A stretch of DNA of 63,540 bases, the filler included, from Bigelowiella natans CCMP2755 (Eukaryota > Protista > Cercozoa), in the NCBI GenBank assembly GCA_000320545.1. It is 5 parts of 5 records of this genome, joined end to end, with 100 filler letters (N's around TTAATTAATTAA, not from the genome) between each part and the next. Parts side by side here need not be neighbours in the genome. Positions count along the whole stretch, not along the records: positions 1 to 18,841 come from ADNK01002793.1; positions 18,942 to 44,295 come from ADNK01000928.1; 3 more parts are not named here. The stretch is one strand, 5' to 3'. Made by a program: the position numbers and the translations under genes. This document shows positions 12,626 through 25,112 of the stretch, in pieces. The notes beneath the pieces are model-generated. The model ran no database searches and was not told the DNA's origin. It saw only the letters and a program-made list of their open reading frames with translations. Numbering within the stretch: position 1 is the stretch's first letter; each line of letters opens with the position of its first letter.

Positions 12626-14054
12626 GATCTAGAGATGCATGGGCTAGTTGCAGACTAGCGCACTGATCACACACGCATGTGTGTGCACGTGGGCACAAGT
12701 GGACAAAATCAACAATCACATGCTGGAATGCACAATGTTGGTCAACTTTGCACCAAGCATCACTGGCATGCACCAGCCCACACAGCGCACGTGCTTGTGC
12801 ATCGCACTGGCTAGCTAGCGCATGCGCGCACGCGTGCATCGCCAAGTTTCACATGCCAGCTCCAGCATGCCAGCATGCTCATGCGAAGATGACAAAGTCT
12901 CATCACATGCACCAACCAGATTGATCATCATCACAGCTTGCCCAAACGTGCAACATCGACACAAAAAGTGAGCCATCTCAAAAACTTAATTGATGTTTTT
13001 CGACAATTTTTGCTCAACATGCAGCTGTCATTGCGCACTTGAATTTGGCTAGTTGGCTCAATTGAACTTGGTCATTTGCAAAAATTCTCGGTGTGCGGCA
13101 CGTGGGAACACACAAAATGTCGACATTTTGACACTCCTGGACTCGTTTGACCAGTGCTTTCAGCAATTTTCATCGTTTTTTGCTGTGCACGCGCAATTCT
13201 GAGCCTTCGTGCCAATGGGAGAGTTGTTTTTGCTTTTTCTTGAAAAAGTGAAAACTCTGATTTCCTAGGATTTCCCAATTTTGCCCAATTTTCAAAACAC
13301 AAAAACTGAGGTGTCTCCTCGAGATTTTGGATTTGGGCCCAACCACTTGTGCTGCATGTCAGATGGCTCTTGTTCAACAGCTCAGAGGAACAGTTTCCTG
13401 CAACTCCTGCTGTGCTTGGAGCCAGTTGGAACCAAAGTGCGTGAGGTTTTTCTCCTTGCATGGCACGCAGATGGCTCAATTTTGGGCAATGAAAGTGGAA
13501 TTTCTCGAAAACCAGAACGAGATTGAACACAAAACTTGCATCACATCGATTCCGTGCACATGCGCGTTGCTCCTGGCCACGTGTGCGCACGTGTCATGGC
13601 CCCGCTCGTCACACAGCCCAATGTTGCACGGTTTGGGCAAGATGTGATGCACCTGTTTCGCTTCTGTGCACTTTCGAAATTGTTCACACACGTCCCAAAC
13701 ACTGCAATGCATTGCCTTTGACTCAGCTGGGTTGCACACTTGCCCCACGTGACGAGCTCCTCGTTTGCCCTCTAGCTAGCTAGCTCGTGTCCTCGCACGT
13801 GCGTGCAATGTGGGGAGATGGGTTGCAACAATGATGTGTGCAGCTTTGACAGTCATGCATGCGCATGTTCGGCTCCGAGCCGGCACGACCAGCAGGCTAG
13901 CAGGCCTTGACAAATCACAAAGCGTTTGACATCGCAGCGCAAGATTTCCGCGAAAGCATTGCCGCACTGCAGAAATTTCCTAGCCCAAAAGGAAGGAAGG
14001 ATCTCATGTGATTTTCTGGAGGCTGCTGCTGACAAACACTGTGTTTCCATGAAA
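12626..14054. other. TpA-depleted intergenic block (TA survives almost only in CTAG)
   Basis: Manual count gives 13 TA dinucleotides in about 1430 bp, 12 of them in CTAG. The block is rich in TG/CA. Confidence 0.9.
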
Positions 14055-14128
14055 TAGTATTTTAGATGTTTTAGGCTTAAATTATTGATTTGCAGCTGCG
14101 CCTCCCTCGCAAACCGCTTCGAGCCACG

Positions 14129-16895
14129 ATGGCGAGCCCTGCCCCCTCATCCACGAAGGCACCGCTGAGTGGGAAAGGCCAATCGAGTGACGCCAAAAGG
14201 CATCACTTCCCATCATTCGTTCGATTATTCGTTCTTATTATACCCCTCACGAATTGGCATCGACTCCCCTCGCCTCACAAGCGCCTTTTTGCCCGCCCCC
14301 CCCCTCAGAAGGGCCCTGATTGACCGCCTCTCTAACGCGGTTCTGGGAAAGAAGATTCCTGAGGATCACAAGTTGCGCAATCAAGCGGTAAGTTCGATTA
14401 CAGTCATCATAGAAATCGATTAGGGATGGGGATCGGAAGATTGAATGGAGTTTTCTTTTCCAGGCAGCACAAGGTCGGAGAGGGAACGTGGACAATGCGG
14501 CGAAGCTATACAGTAATACCTGCTTTTACCCGCGACGATGCGATTTGTTCTAGAAGCCAACACCTAAGGATCGGTGAATGTCACAATATGTTTTTGCTAT
14601 CAGTGCAAGCAATTATTGCCCATGGCCCCGACGATAAGTCTCTCTTCGTCGCGGATTCGTAAGTCGAAACGCGAGAACTAACGATAGCACAACGGACTCA
14701 ATCAAACCCGAATCACTTCCTTCCTTTCTCCTCCCTTCTGATTGGCAGATACAACGACTTGGGGTGCTTGATGTGCCGGTAAGACTGCTATCAGCCAGCT
14801 GCAACCAAAAAAACACATACAGCATTTTAAACCACACTCCTCGCAAACTAAAGCACATCGGCTGCTCCCTGTGCAGATCTGGACGTCAGAAGGACGCAAT
14901 AACGTATCTCCGCCTCGCTGTTACCAAGGGAAGCACGGTTTGTTATTCATATAAAGATTCGAGGTAACTAGAGCAAGATCGTGAGGAATGCGCGCGTGTG
15001 TCTCATCTCAGGTTGTGGGCAATGCAGATCGGAAAGTCGCTTGCTTTGAGAAGAATCTAGCTTTTGCCTATAAATCAGATAAGGTCGTTGGATTTCTAAG
15101 AATTATTATCCGATTTCACCCCCGCGCTCGCTCTCGCCCTCTCTCCTCTGTACCCCTTTCGCAAAGGGACAGGCTTTTGGGGGAGGGGGGGTTGGGGAGG
15201 GTAGTCGCCCCAATTGAGAGCTCGAGGTTCTCACCCCACACACTAGAACCATTAATTCATCCTTAGAGACCGAAGAAGGCCGTGCATTATTATCGTCGAT
15301 CCATGCAGAAATACGCATCGCTTTCAGACCATGCAAACGCAGGTAGGCGTGTGATAACCGCCATCATCAATCCTTTTGTTTTGGCCATGTACAACAACAC
15401 GTTCTCCCTTATGAATGATGTTTCGGGCACTGGTATTGTCGAAGGTGAGGCGGCCTACGAGCTAGCAAGTCTGCTCAATGATTTGAAGGCGTTTGCAAAG
15501 GCTGAGCCCGTCGCTAGGGAATGCCTCAAGCACAAGAAGGTTCGGCGGAGGAGATGATGATGATTTAACGAATACGACTTCATGTCTACTTCTACTTCTA
15601 CTACTACTACTAGTAGTAGTAGTAGTACTACTGCTACCGCTACTACAAACAATACTACCCCCATCTCCGGGGAAGAGGACGATTTCTTTGCTGCGCTGTA
15701 TGTATAACCCGCAGCGCCTGATATGTAAAGCCAACTGTCTTCTTCTGTGTTCTTACTACAAATAACTCTGTGTGTGTGCCTTCAAGATTTGCGCCGGCGC
15801 GACCTACCGTGTCGTGTTATTCTTTCCAAAGCGATCGATGTGCTGATCTTTGCGTGTACATCTTACAACCCTCCCGCAGGAGATTGCTGATGAAGGCCAG
15901 ATCCAAGTCATACCCACTCTCTGTTTGCTCGCTGCGATAATATCAGGTGTGCAATTCGCCATCATAAACTCTCATTACGCACCGCCATCAGCGTCACACA
16001 ACAACACCGCCCACCATTCCATTACCATACCAACCAATCAGCACCTGAGATAGCGAAGTTTGACGAATCTGCCGAGTTGGCCATGTCAGCAATGAAGCTT
16101 ACGCGAGCTACTAGGTGGTGATTTTTGTTATTGAAAATGCTCTTAATAAGCATCGTCGCTGATACATATTATGGGCAAGCTCCTCCCTCTCTGCAACGGC
16201 ACGAGCGCTAAGATTCCCTCCCCCCCCCCCCCCCCGTCATCCTCCCCTCCCGACCCAATATATATTCATAATGCGCCCTGCAGCAAAACGTGGAGCTCGG
16301 GGAGCAAGGACCAGGAAATCGATCAAGTTAACAAACTTATTCTTGGCGTTAAGCGAGGGAGGACAAAGTTTAAGAAGAGTAGCAAAAAGGCCAAAGGCAA
16401 GAAGACAGCTCCATCCGCTACCACAACCGAGGGAGGGGGCACCAACCCAGGAGGAGGAGAAGAGACAAAAGCGAGTGAAGAGGTCGTTCGTGTACACAGA
16501 GAATGCAACCTGAGGAAGATGCTTTTAACACCCTCATAGCAACCTTCCGATTGCCCACCCCCTGATCCCCCATTCTTCGCACTTAGGCCGCAGCCGAGAA
16601 TGAGAAGAGAATTGAGGAGTGGAGAAGGAAAAAGGTTGAGTCATGGGAGTCGGGTGATGACGCAATGCGGAAAAAGTAAGTTCATATGTTTCACGATAGC
16701 ATGCTGCAACAATGCAGAAACAACGCTCGAGATTTCACAGTGATGCAAAGACAATGAAATAATCGTTCTCATCGTCGCCCCCTTCCCGTCCCTCCCGCCT
16801 TCGTCCTCAGATGCCCTTCACGCCCAGAGCTTGATGTTTGGATGGAGAGACAAGCACAGAAGGCCCTTGCAGCTCTGGAGGCCAAAAGCAAGTAG
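14129..16895 (+). CDS. TPR-repeat protein, multi-exon
   Basis: Spliced exons read ADSYNDLGCLMCRSGRQKDAITYLRLAV, VACFEKNLAFAYKSDKRPKKAVHYYRRSMQ and GEAAYELASLLNDLKAFAKAEPVARECL, which is a TPR pattern. Ends ...ALAALEAKSK* at 16895. Intron 1 appears to need a GC donor (14200). Confidence 0.7.
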
Positions 16896-17563
16896 ATGTA
16901 ATGATGATGATGCATAATTGTTTTAAAAAAATTGATCGCGCAGAATATGCAATGTCTGTTCGTTGTGCGGGTTGCAGACTGCGCTAGTGCGCGCGCTCTA
17001 TAATCGCTAGCTAGCTACCTGCTTATTATTATGCACATGCACATGTGTACATCATGCTGTTGTCTTTGCATGCCAAGCATCTGCCGTGCACAATGATGAT
17101 GCTCTGTACGTGACAGCTAATCGGCTTGCGCACGATTATATTTTTTGCTGCTGCGATGCTGAATGCTATCGATATTTTGCTTGTACAAGCATTAATAAGT
17201 AGCTAGTGGGTGGGGTACGCAGAGCACCAACTCGCAACATCTGTCGCATGCATCGCACATCTTAGCAGAAACAAGTAGCAGGCATCATGATGGCCCGCAA
17301 CGCGCAGCATGCATTGGCAGTGCCAATGACAAATGCTAGAATGAACAGCCGGGACAATGCTGAACCAACTTGCTCAATGACACGATAGCGCTGCCATGAC
17401 GGAGAAGGCATTTATTACCGCATGCTCGCAACCAGTCAGATGCTCGTGGCTCCTCATGCACACGTACGTACGTACACGCGCATAAATACCCATATGTACA
17501 CCTGGCGGCACACACAGCTAACAACTATCACAGTCACGGCATACAAATGTAAAAGATTGTGAG

Positions 17564-17772
17564 TTATTGTTTGACAGTTAAGTAGATGCTACTAGGCTCT
17601 GCCCGTGTCGTCTCCCCTCTCGTTGTCACTCGTGCGATCGTATCCTTGAAGTGGCGGCTCGGGGATGGAGAGAGAGGCGAAGGTCGCTTTGTTGTCGCGG
17701 TCAATGGAAGAACCCGCCGAGACTGGGAAAAATCTGAAACAACAACAAACGACAATAATAGTAATTACAATG

Positions 17773-17813
<41 letters not shown>

Positions 17814-18008
17814 ATGTAGATATAATATAAATGAATAAATATATATACAAATATGTATATATTATACCGCGGTACCTTTGAGACGTGGGTGTTTGCACCG
17901 CAGCTTGATCTGAATCTTGACTATTGTTGCGACTGAATGATGATGGTGGCCAGGGGGAGGAAATGCAAGCATTAAAAACAAATAATATGTGCACATAGAA
18001 ATAATATA

Positions 18009-18052
<44 letters not shown>

Positions 18053-18841
18053 CAAAAAACATACTGCATCCTGCGAGTTATCATCATCATCATCATCATC
18101 ATCATCATCGAATGCAAAGCGCCGACCTTCGCTGTGGCACTCGAGCCTGCCCCGAGGGGTCGGCCGCCCCCCCCCCTAATCCTCCATGATCGCCGCTCCG
18201 ATTGTGGTCCGAAAGGGGGCGGGCTGCGACAAGTTCCATGGCATTTCTAGCGGAATGAGCCCTCCTTCGCGGATGCGATCGGCTTGGTTCAGCCTGACCT
18301 TCAACGGTATGGTCGTGAGCACCGAGCAGAGAGCCGCTGCTGCAAGCGCCGCAACCATCCTCATGTTTCCCTTTCGCCTTTGCGGCACTCGCCCCCCGCC
18401 CATCTTCCTCTTTCTCCTCCCCGTCAAGCCCTCGCTGACGATGACGATGGTTGGGGCGAGGCGGAAGTTGGCGCTTGAGATCCCCGCCGTGATTGGAGTC
18501 TGCATGGTCCCCTGGGGGGAGGGTGGAGGGCAGGGAGCTGTTTCGCTGTGGCCGCCCGCGGCGATGGCTATTGACTTTCGAATCCTGTCGGGAGAGGGGG
18601 GGGGGGGCGTCCCCGCTGCCATCGGCAGCTCGGCCGTGGTAGCGGTTGTTGTTGTTGTGGTTGCGGTGGTTGGGCGGGTGGTGATACTGCTCCTGCTCTA
18701 CCTGCTGTTGGTACTGATAGCGACGATGATGATGATGATGATGGGGATCGTCGTAGTGATGGTGGTGGTGGTGGTGGTGGTGGTAGTGATGATGATGAGT
18801 CCTCTCGCGATGACGCTGCTGCTGGTCTCCCCCCCCCCTCC
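17564..18841 (-). CDS. 3' part of a low-complexity Pro/Ser/Gly-rich protein (truncated by contig end)
   Basis: GC-rich open frames (18176-18622 and others) separated by microsatellite introns. No domain recognised. Confidence 0.3.
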
Positions 18842-18941
18842 NNNNNNNNNNNNNNNNNNNNNNNNNNNNNNNNNNNNNNNNNNNNTTAATTAATTAANNN
18901 NNNNNNNNNNNNNNNNNNNNNNNNNNNNNNNNNNNNNNNNN
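18842..18941. other. artificial contig spacer
   Basis: 44 N + TTAATTAATTAA (stops in all six frames) + 44 N. Confidence 0.97.
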
Positions 18942-19250
18942 CCTCCCCCCCCCCCCCCCTCAGCGGGTCTCTGGCGGTGCTATTTTTTTTTTGTTTGTAG
19001 GAAAAAGCTCTCCCGCTGGCTGCCACACCGCAAGCCATGATGGACTTCCCCGAGACCCGTGCCCAACACCGACAGTTCATCATTAATTTTGTTGTTGACG
19101 ACTATTCCCGGGTCTTTCCAACGTGGAGTGGGGAAGCTTTCCCTTTCCTTTTCTTACTCCGATCCTTGTCATCTTCCGTCTTTGCAATCGCCTGATCATC
19201 GTTCTAAACTCCGTACCCCCCCCCCCCCCCCCCTCCCCTCTCTTCCCCAG

Positions 19251-19687
19251 GATGCTGGCAAGTGCAATGCGACTTGCGGTCGGGGCTACATTCTGAAGGT
19301 GCGGCAGCAGCTCACCTTGCGATCATGTGATGACGTTGATTGTCGGTGCATTGTTCAATACGTGTTTCCACGGCACTACTCTCCCTGTTGGAGAGCTGCT
19401 GGGCCTGACGTTGATGATAGTAATAATAAATAATACTACGGCTGTTAGATCTCCCCCATGGGGAAGTTGCAGTAGTTTTGCTGATATACCGTCCGCGGAG
19501 CTCTCCGAAGTATAAACAATCTTTTTTCCTCCTCCTCCTCCTCCTCCTCTTCTTTTTGCTGGTTTGTTGTCTTAGAGGCGCGAAGTGATCCCGTCGTGGG
19601 ACGGGGCAGAGTGCCCCCCAGCGGAAAAGTTCTTTCCTTGTACTGGCGATTGCCCAAAAGGTGGAACACCGAACACACCATCGTGCG

Positions 19688-19725
<38 letters not shown>

Positions 19726-20410
19726 TGTAGTAGTAGTAGTAGTAGTAGTAGGTGTTTGATTTGTTGTGTTTGTGGTCGGAATCCCAGTCGATTGCGAGAT
19801 GAGCGAGTGGAAACCAGAAGGGGCATGCTCAGTTACTTGCGGCACAGGAACGAGAGTGCTGGTAGTGCTTCTTCCTCTTCTTCTTCTTCTTCTTCTCCTC
19901 CTCCTCCTTCCTCCTCCTCCTTCTTCCAGTTGTCCGATCATAATAGAAGAATACTTAGATATGTAGACAGATGCTGTAGTTGTGATGATGGCGTCGTCAC
20001 CATCCGTCCTTGATGGCCAAAAAGCAGCAGACAGCTGCTGCCTCTTTCGATAGTCTGTGTGTGCAGCACACACACACACACGAGAATAACGCAGTCAGCA
20101 TCGTGATATAATATGTAATGCTTCTTCGCGTATTCGCGTCGCTCCCCCCCCCCCCCCCCCCAATCTCACCACAATTAAAACAACAACACTGACAACATTA
20201 ACCCCCCCCCTCCCCTCCCCGATATAGAAACGTTCTGTGATCACGGAGCCGAAGAATGGGGGCCGTCTTTGTGGGTCTGAGCGAAAGGAGGAGGAGTGCC
20301 GGGAGAGGGACTGCCCCGTGGTGCAATGTGGTCGTGTACATGCTAACACGGAGTGCACCGGGATCCCGACAAGAGGGTAAGTGAGCGAGAGAAAGGAGAG
20401 GTGGGGGGGG

Positions 20411-20450
<40 letters not shown>

Positions 20451-20839
20451 AGAGCTAACAGCTGTTGGAGATGGATTGGGATGGTACAAGAAAAAGACCC
20501 CTCCTCTGTTTGCTTGTTTGTTTGATCATAATGTTCTTCTCCTCACGCGCAGCGTATACGAGGGCGTGCAAGCAGGGCCGTCACATTGCCGCTACATGAT
20601 GGAACCAAGCAATGATGAAGACGATGAAACTGATACTGAGAAGCAGGAGAGGGCAATGGTAGTAATAGTAGTAGTAGTGGTGGTGGTGGTGGAAACACTT
20701 TGTCTTATTCTATAGAAGATGCTCATGTTAAAGAGTTATCCTCCAAGTTTTGGCGGTGTATGTATGTGTATGTGTTTGTGTTATGTGGTTTCGCTCATGT
20801 TGTTGTGACTACAGTTACAACCCCTCTTTCTGACTACGG

Positions 20840-20872
<33 letters not shown>

Positions 20873-21351
20873 TTGTAGAAGCAAGACGTGGCAATCATGG
20901 TTCGCAACTGCTCCGCTCACTGTGACGCGCTGAGTAACTGCGATGCTTTCAACTGGTATCCTGAAGAGAACAAGTGCTGCTTCCTTAAAGCTGTGGACCG
21001 CTTGGAGGTACTACTAGTAGTAGCAGTGGTGGTAGTGGTAGAAGTAGTGGTGGTGGTTTGGGTTATCGGTCGCAGGAGAGAGGAGGAAAGGGGGGGGGGA
21101 AGGGGAGAGCAGAGGATGACGATGATGATGATTCGGGTGTCTATCGTATACATCTTCTCTACAGGACAAGCAGAAAGTCAGTTGCCACGAAATCCTCCAG
21201 GCGGAAGACGATGGTAATGAAGTAGTAGTAGTAGTGGTGGTGGGTGGGGGGGGGGGGGGCACCGACTGATCTGCGTGTGATTGCAAGCTGGGGAGGGAGA
21301 GCTGATGACGATGATGATGATTATCGAGGAATGCGTCGATTGATGAGAAGC

Positions 21352-21408
<57 letters not shown>

Positions 21409-22219
21409 TGTGTCCTCTCTTAACCTTCTTTCGTTCTTCTTCTTCTAGGCTGGACCGGCAATGGCAAATATGGAAAAAGAACAACGTGCCGGCCAAACTA
21501 CGGCAGCAGCAGCAGCAGCAGTAGCGATCGCTCATACGGGAAATACCACACGAACAGACGTAGGTTTCTCGGTAGAAGGGGGGGGGGTACAGGAAGGGAG
21601 TGTAATTATCTGACGATACCTGAAAGCTGTAACAATAACTCTCTGATTTGAGCTGGTAATATCCCATGTCGGTCGATCGACCCACCCTTCTAACAGATAC
21701 ATCGATGCACGGAGATCACAGCAGGGATGATGACAATAGGGTCTCCGACTCTAGCCTCCTGGAACTCTCGATCTTCCTTTTATTTCTAACGGCCATTGGC
21801 CTTGGGTCCTTGTGCTGCATTCCATGTACGTAAGTTAGGAGTCAGCAAGTAAAGGGGGGGGGGGGAGGGGTAGAGAAAGAAGGGATAAAGCGTAAATTTA
21901 TGGAAGCGGCCTATAGGCATCAAGTTTATATTCAGCGACCAAATATGGTGTCTAATGCTTAACCGCTACACCTCTGCTTCTTGTGGGGAGGAGAGAGAAA
22001 TTTCTTCATCGTCATCGTCGTCATTTAATAAATCGTAACAACGTTACTGCCCTACTCCTCCTCCTCCTCCTCCTCTACCCATTGTCAGCTCCAGGTTTCG
22101 ATGTTGATGAAGGAGATAACCTGTGGGGCCGTGGGGGGAGATCCAGTCCGAGGCGTGGTGAGGGGGGGGTTGACGATGATCACGACGACAATGGAGACGG
22201 CCCCGGACCGCAATCGTAA
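19251..22219 (+). CDS. thrombospondin type-1 repeat + PAN/apple-domain single-pass membrane protein (5' partial)
   Basis: TSP1 exons GKCNATCGRG, PVDCEMSEWKPEGACSVTCGTGTR and RSVITEPKNGGRLCGSERKEEECRERDC. PAN/apple exon CSAHCDALSNCDAFNWYPEENKCCFLK. TM segment LSIFLLFLTAIGLGSLCCIPC near 21760-21825. The 3' end is uncertain. Confidence 0.75.
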
Positions 22220-24113
22220 TATGATAAAATGCAATACACACATCATGCGAGTTTGGGTTAGTTGCGGAGTGTGCTTTGTATGTGGGGGCATTTTTGACAA
22301 CTGGAGTCGCGCGAGGCTATTATAGAATGTGCTTCGAAAATAGCCGGATAATACCGATGATTTTTGGAGATTCGTCCGTCTTGTCGTGCCACGGCTGACA
22401 GCAGACGGCTCCGTCTGGTGCTTTCTTTTCTTTAGATTTGCATTCTTGCGACAGATATCTCGACGGTTTGCTACAGTGCCATTTTTGATATTGTGAGCCT
22501 CTCTCTCCTCGTTATTTGACAGTATATTTGTTCGTTCGTTGATAATCACAACAGGATTGCTGCAGACATACACGGAATATCAGGGCCAAGTTTCCACTTG
22601 GGATAATAGGCGCAGGGGAGTCGTCGGTGATTGTTGGATGTTGTGCCGATTTGCCGAAACTGGAGATTCACTAAATGAGAGCTATCTGGGAGCGTTCTAT
22701 ATGTGTATTCATTCTGCGTATCAGTTCCAAAAATTAGTTTAACAATGCGATTTCGTTGAGTGTCGAAGAAGCGCAGCAGTTTGCTCGGCCCTTGCTGACG
22801 CTGTCATTCGCTGCACGCATGCGCCACAATGATTGTGATTCAGATGAAATTCAGCAGGGTTTTGTGAGTCGCATCAGTGCAGTCAGTGTAAAAATGCTGG
22901 ATCGGATGATAGCGCTAGATAGAGCGCCAGCAACTCTCTTAACTTCGCTCAAGCAACGCTCTTATATCATGACGACTAGATGAGCTAATGAGTGAAACAT
23001 CACAATAATTGCCACAACTCCGTCAAACCCGGTAATGTAACGACTAGACGACTGGGATTTGCACAAACTGTGCTTGCGGCGCTCGCGGCCTGGCGCACTC
23101 AATGCAATGCAGTTGCAATTGGACATTGCTAGCATTCTAAGCATTGGAAGCACACTGAAGCCTGCTAGCCTGCCTAGCTGCATGCTAGCATGTTTGAAGT
23201 TCAAATTTAATATTTTTCGAATTTCAGCTTCAAAACCTCATTTTTCAACGCATGCTATGGTCTGTCAGCGGGCGCAAATTGCAAAATGCTTGCCATTATT
23301 TTTCTGAAACGCAGCTAGCGCAGTTGTACTTATATATACTTGCTGTGCCACGCACGCAAGTGTTGCAAGCCCATGCTAGCATGTGCTCCGATCGAGGGTG
23401 TGCGCACACTACTAGCCTCATGTCATTGTGAAATTTCAGCACACGCTAGTGCGCACGCACACCATACACAGTTTGTGCTGGATGACCTCTCAATTCAGAG
23501 GTCATATAAGCCACTCGTTACTGGTTTGACGGAGTAGTCCGATGGCCGCTCTAGCTAGCATAGCTCTATACGCGGTAGCTCAGACGGCCGGCCACGATCT
23601 ACTAGCTAGACCTAACTAGAAGAGGTGCATTATAGCATCCAGATACATCAGTATGCATGTACGTAGCATGTGGCCGCATCGTACGACACGTATGTCTAGC
23701 AGACGTCTAGGATGTGGCTGCACATCATCACATCATGCACAGCGATAGCTGCATCGCAGCTGCGTATTGGCTTGCGACTGCATGGATGCGTACGCGACGA
23801 CTCTCATTGTTGCTTTGTACAGAGACTCTCAGATCAAAGAGACACGAGATGGATCACTTTGACCTTACCGGACGCATCTGCTAGCGCATGCATGCCATGC
23901 GGCAAATCAGCACAACAACCAACTACACGTGAAAGCGCGCGGCCACACACAAATCTAGAAACTCATCATTATCTAATCAAATTGTACAACTAGACATATG
24001 CACTATCGTGTTGCTAGCAAAAAATCTTGTCGATTTAATATTTTGCTACATGTGTACATTGCAAAATTCATTCAGCCGCTGCCACACGGTCATAGTTTTA
24101 TCTGCTCTCTAAT

Positions 24114-25112
24114 TCACATCTTCAAGACACGTTTAGCATACTTGATATATCCATATACAGCTCTCGGATTGTCGACTTTCATCTTTTTAAAGAAATTCAA
24201 ATATTCTGTGATGCTCACCTTCCCGTCTTTGGACGTGTCAAGGCGTGCGAAGAGTTTCCCATTTTTGTCAAGCTTAGCGAGTTCCTTTTCTTCGATCTCA
24301 CCGCTTTTGTCCACATCAATTGTATTGAAGACGGATTTTATCTCCTTTTCTTCGTCTAATGTTAGCTTCTTGAGGCATCCTTGAGCATACCTCAAATATC
24401 CCCAAAGTGCTTTTGGGTTCTTCAGCTTCAGCCCTTGGAAAAAATTGAGGTACTCTGCTTTGTCGATTTTCCCGTCTTTTGAGGTGTCCAACTTCCCAAA
24501 CAACTTCCCATTCTTGTCGAATCGATAAAGTTCTGTTTTATCAAGCACCCCATTTCCATCCGTGTCTACCTTGGAAAACAAGTCCAGGATGTCTTCCTCC
24601 TCGCCAACGGTCAATTTAAGCAAAGTTTTCTCAGCGTACGCGAGGTATCCCTCGATTGCTTTTGCATTTTTTGCTTTCAAGCCTTTGAAAAATGCTAGGT
24701 ATTCTTCTTCGCTCACTTCGCCGTCTTTTGAGGTATCGAGCTTGGCGAAAAGCTTCCCATTTTTATCGAAGCGAGAAAGATCCTTAGCTAAGACCACACC
24801 ACGATTCTCCAGGTCAATCTTCGAGAAAAGCTCGAGTATCTGCTTCTCTTCGGCAGAGGTGAGGCCTGAACTATGGCCCGCGGTTAGACCTGATCTTTGG
24901 CCCTTAGTTTCAGGAGCCTTCTTGACCTCCCGATTCCCCCATCCCTTCAGGAAGTCTTCGAGACTGCCCTTCTTTGCTGCCGCGAAGTACCCGGCCCCAA
25001 AATCCAAGATATCCTGGGGCTGGTGCCGGATCACCTCCTTCGTGAACCCCTTCAGGATGCCCGGCAGGGACGGCGGCACTGTTATCTGCTCTGCGGAGTA
25101 GACCCTATCCAT
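24114..25112 (-). CDS. RIIa dimerisation/docking domain + EF-hand repeat protein (radial-spoke RSP7/RSP11/ropporin-like)
   Basis: N-terminal YSAEQITVPPSLPGILKGFTKEVIRHQPQDILDFGAGYF is a D/D domain. Three 83-aa repeats follow, each with two EF-hand loops (e.g. DTDGNGVLDKTE, DTSKDGKIDKAE). Intronless. Confidence 0.88.
   Translation of the reverse strand: MDRVYSAEQITVPPSLPGILKGFTKEVIRHQPQDILDFGAGYFAAAKKGSLEDFLKGWGNREVKKAPETKGQRSGLTAGHSSGLTSAEEKQILELFSKIDLENRGVVLAKDLSRFDKNGKLFAKLDTSKDGEVSEEEYLAFFKGLKAKNAKAIEGYLAYAEKTLLKLTVGEEEDILDLFSKVDTDGNGVLDKTELYRFDKNGKLFGKLDTSKDGKIDKAEYLNFFQGLKLKNPKALWGYLRYAQGCLKKLTLDEEKEIKSVFNTIDVDKSGEIEEKELAKLDKNGKLFARLDTSKDGKVSITEYLNFFKKMKVDNPRAVYGYIKYAKRVLKM

Noticed and set aside
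13072-13783. Overlapping 80-170 aa ORFs on both strands
   Set aside because: They are a by-product of TpA loss (no TAA, few TAG). The translations are Tyr-free and His/Cys-rich with no recognisable domain.
18886-18897. Recurrent TTAATTAATTAA palindrome as a target site or regulatory element
   Set aside because: It is identical in all four gaps and is a six-frame stop linker.
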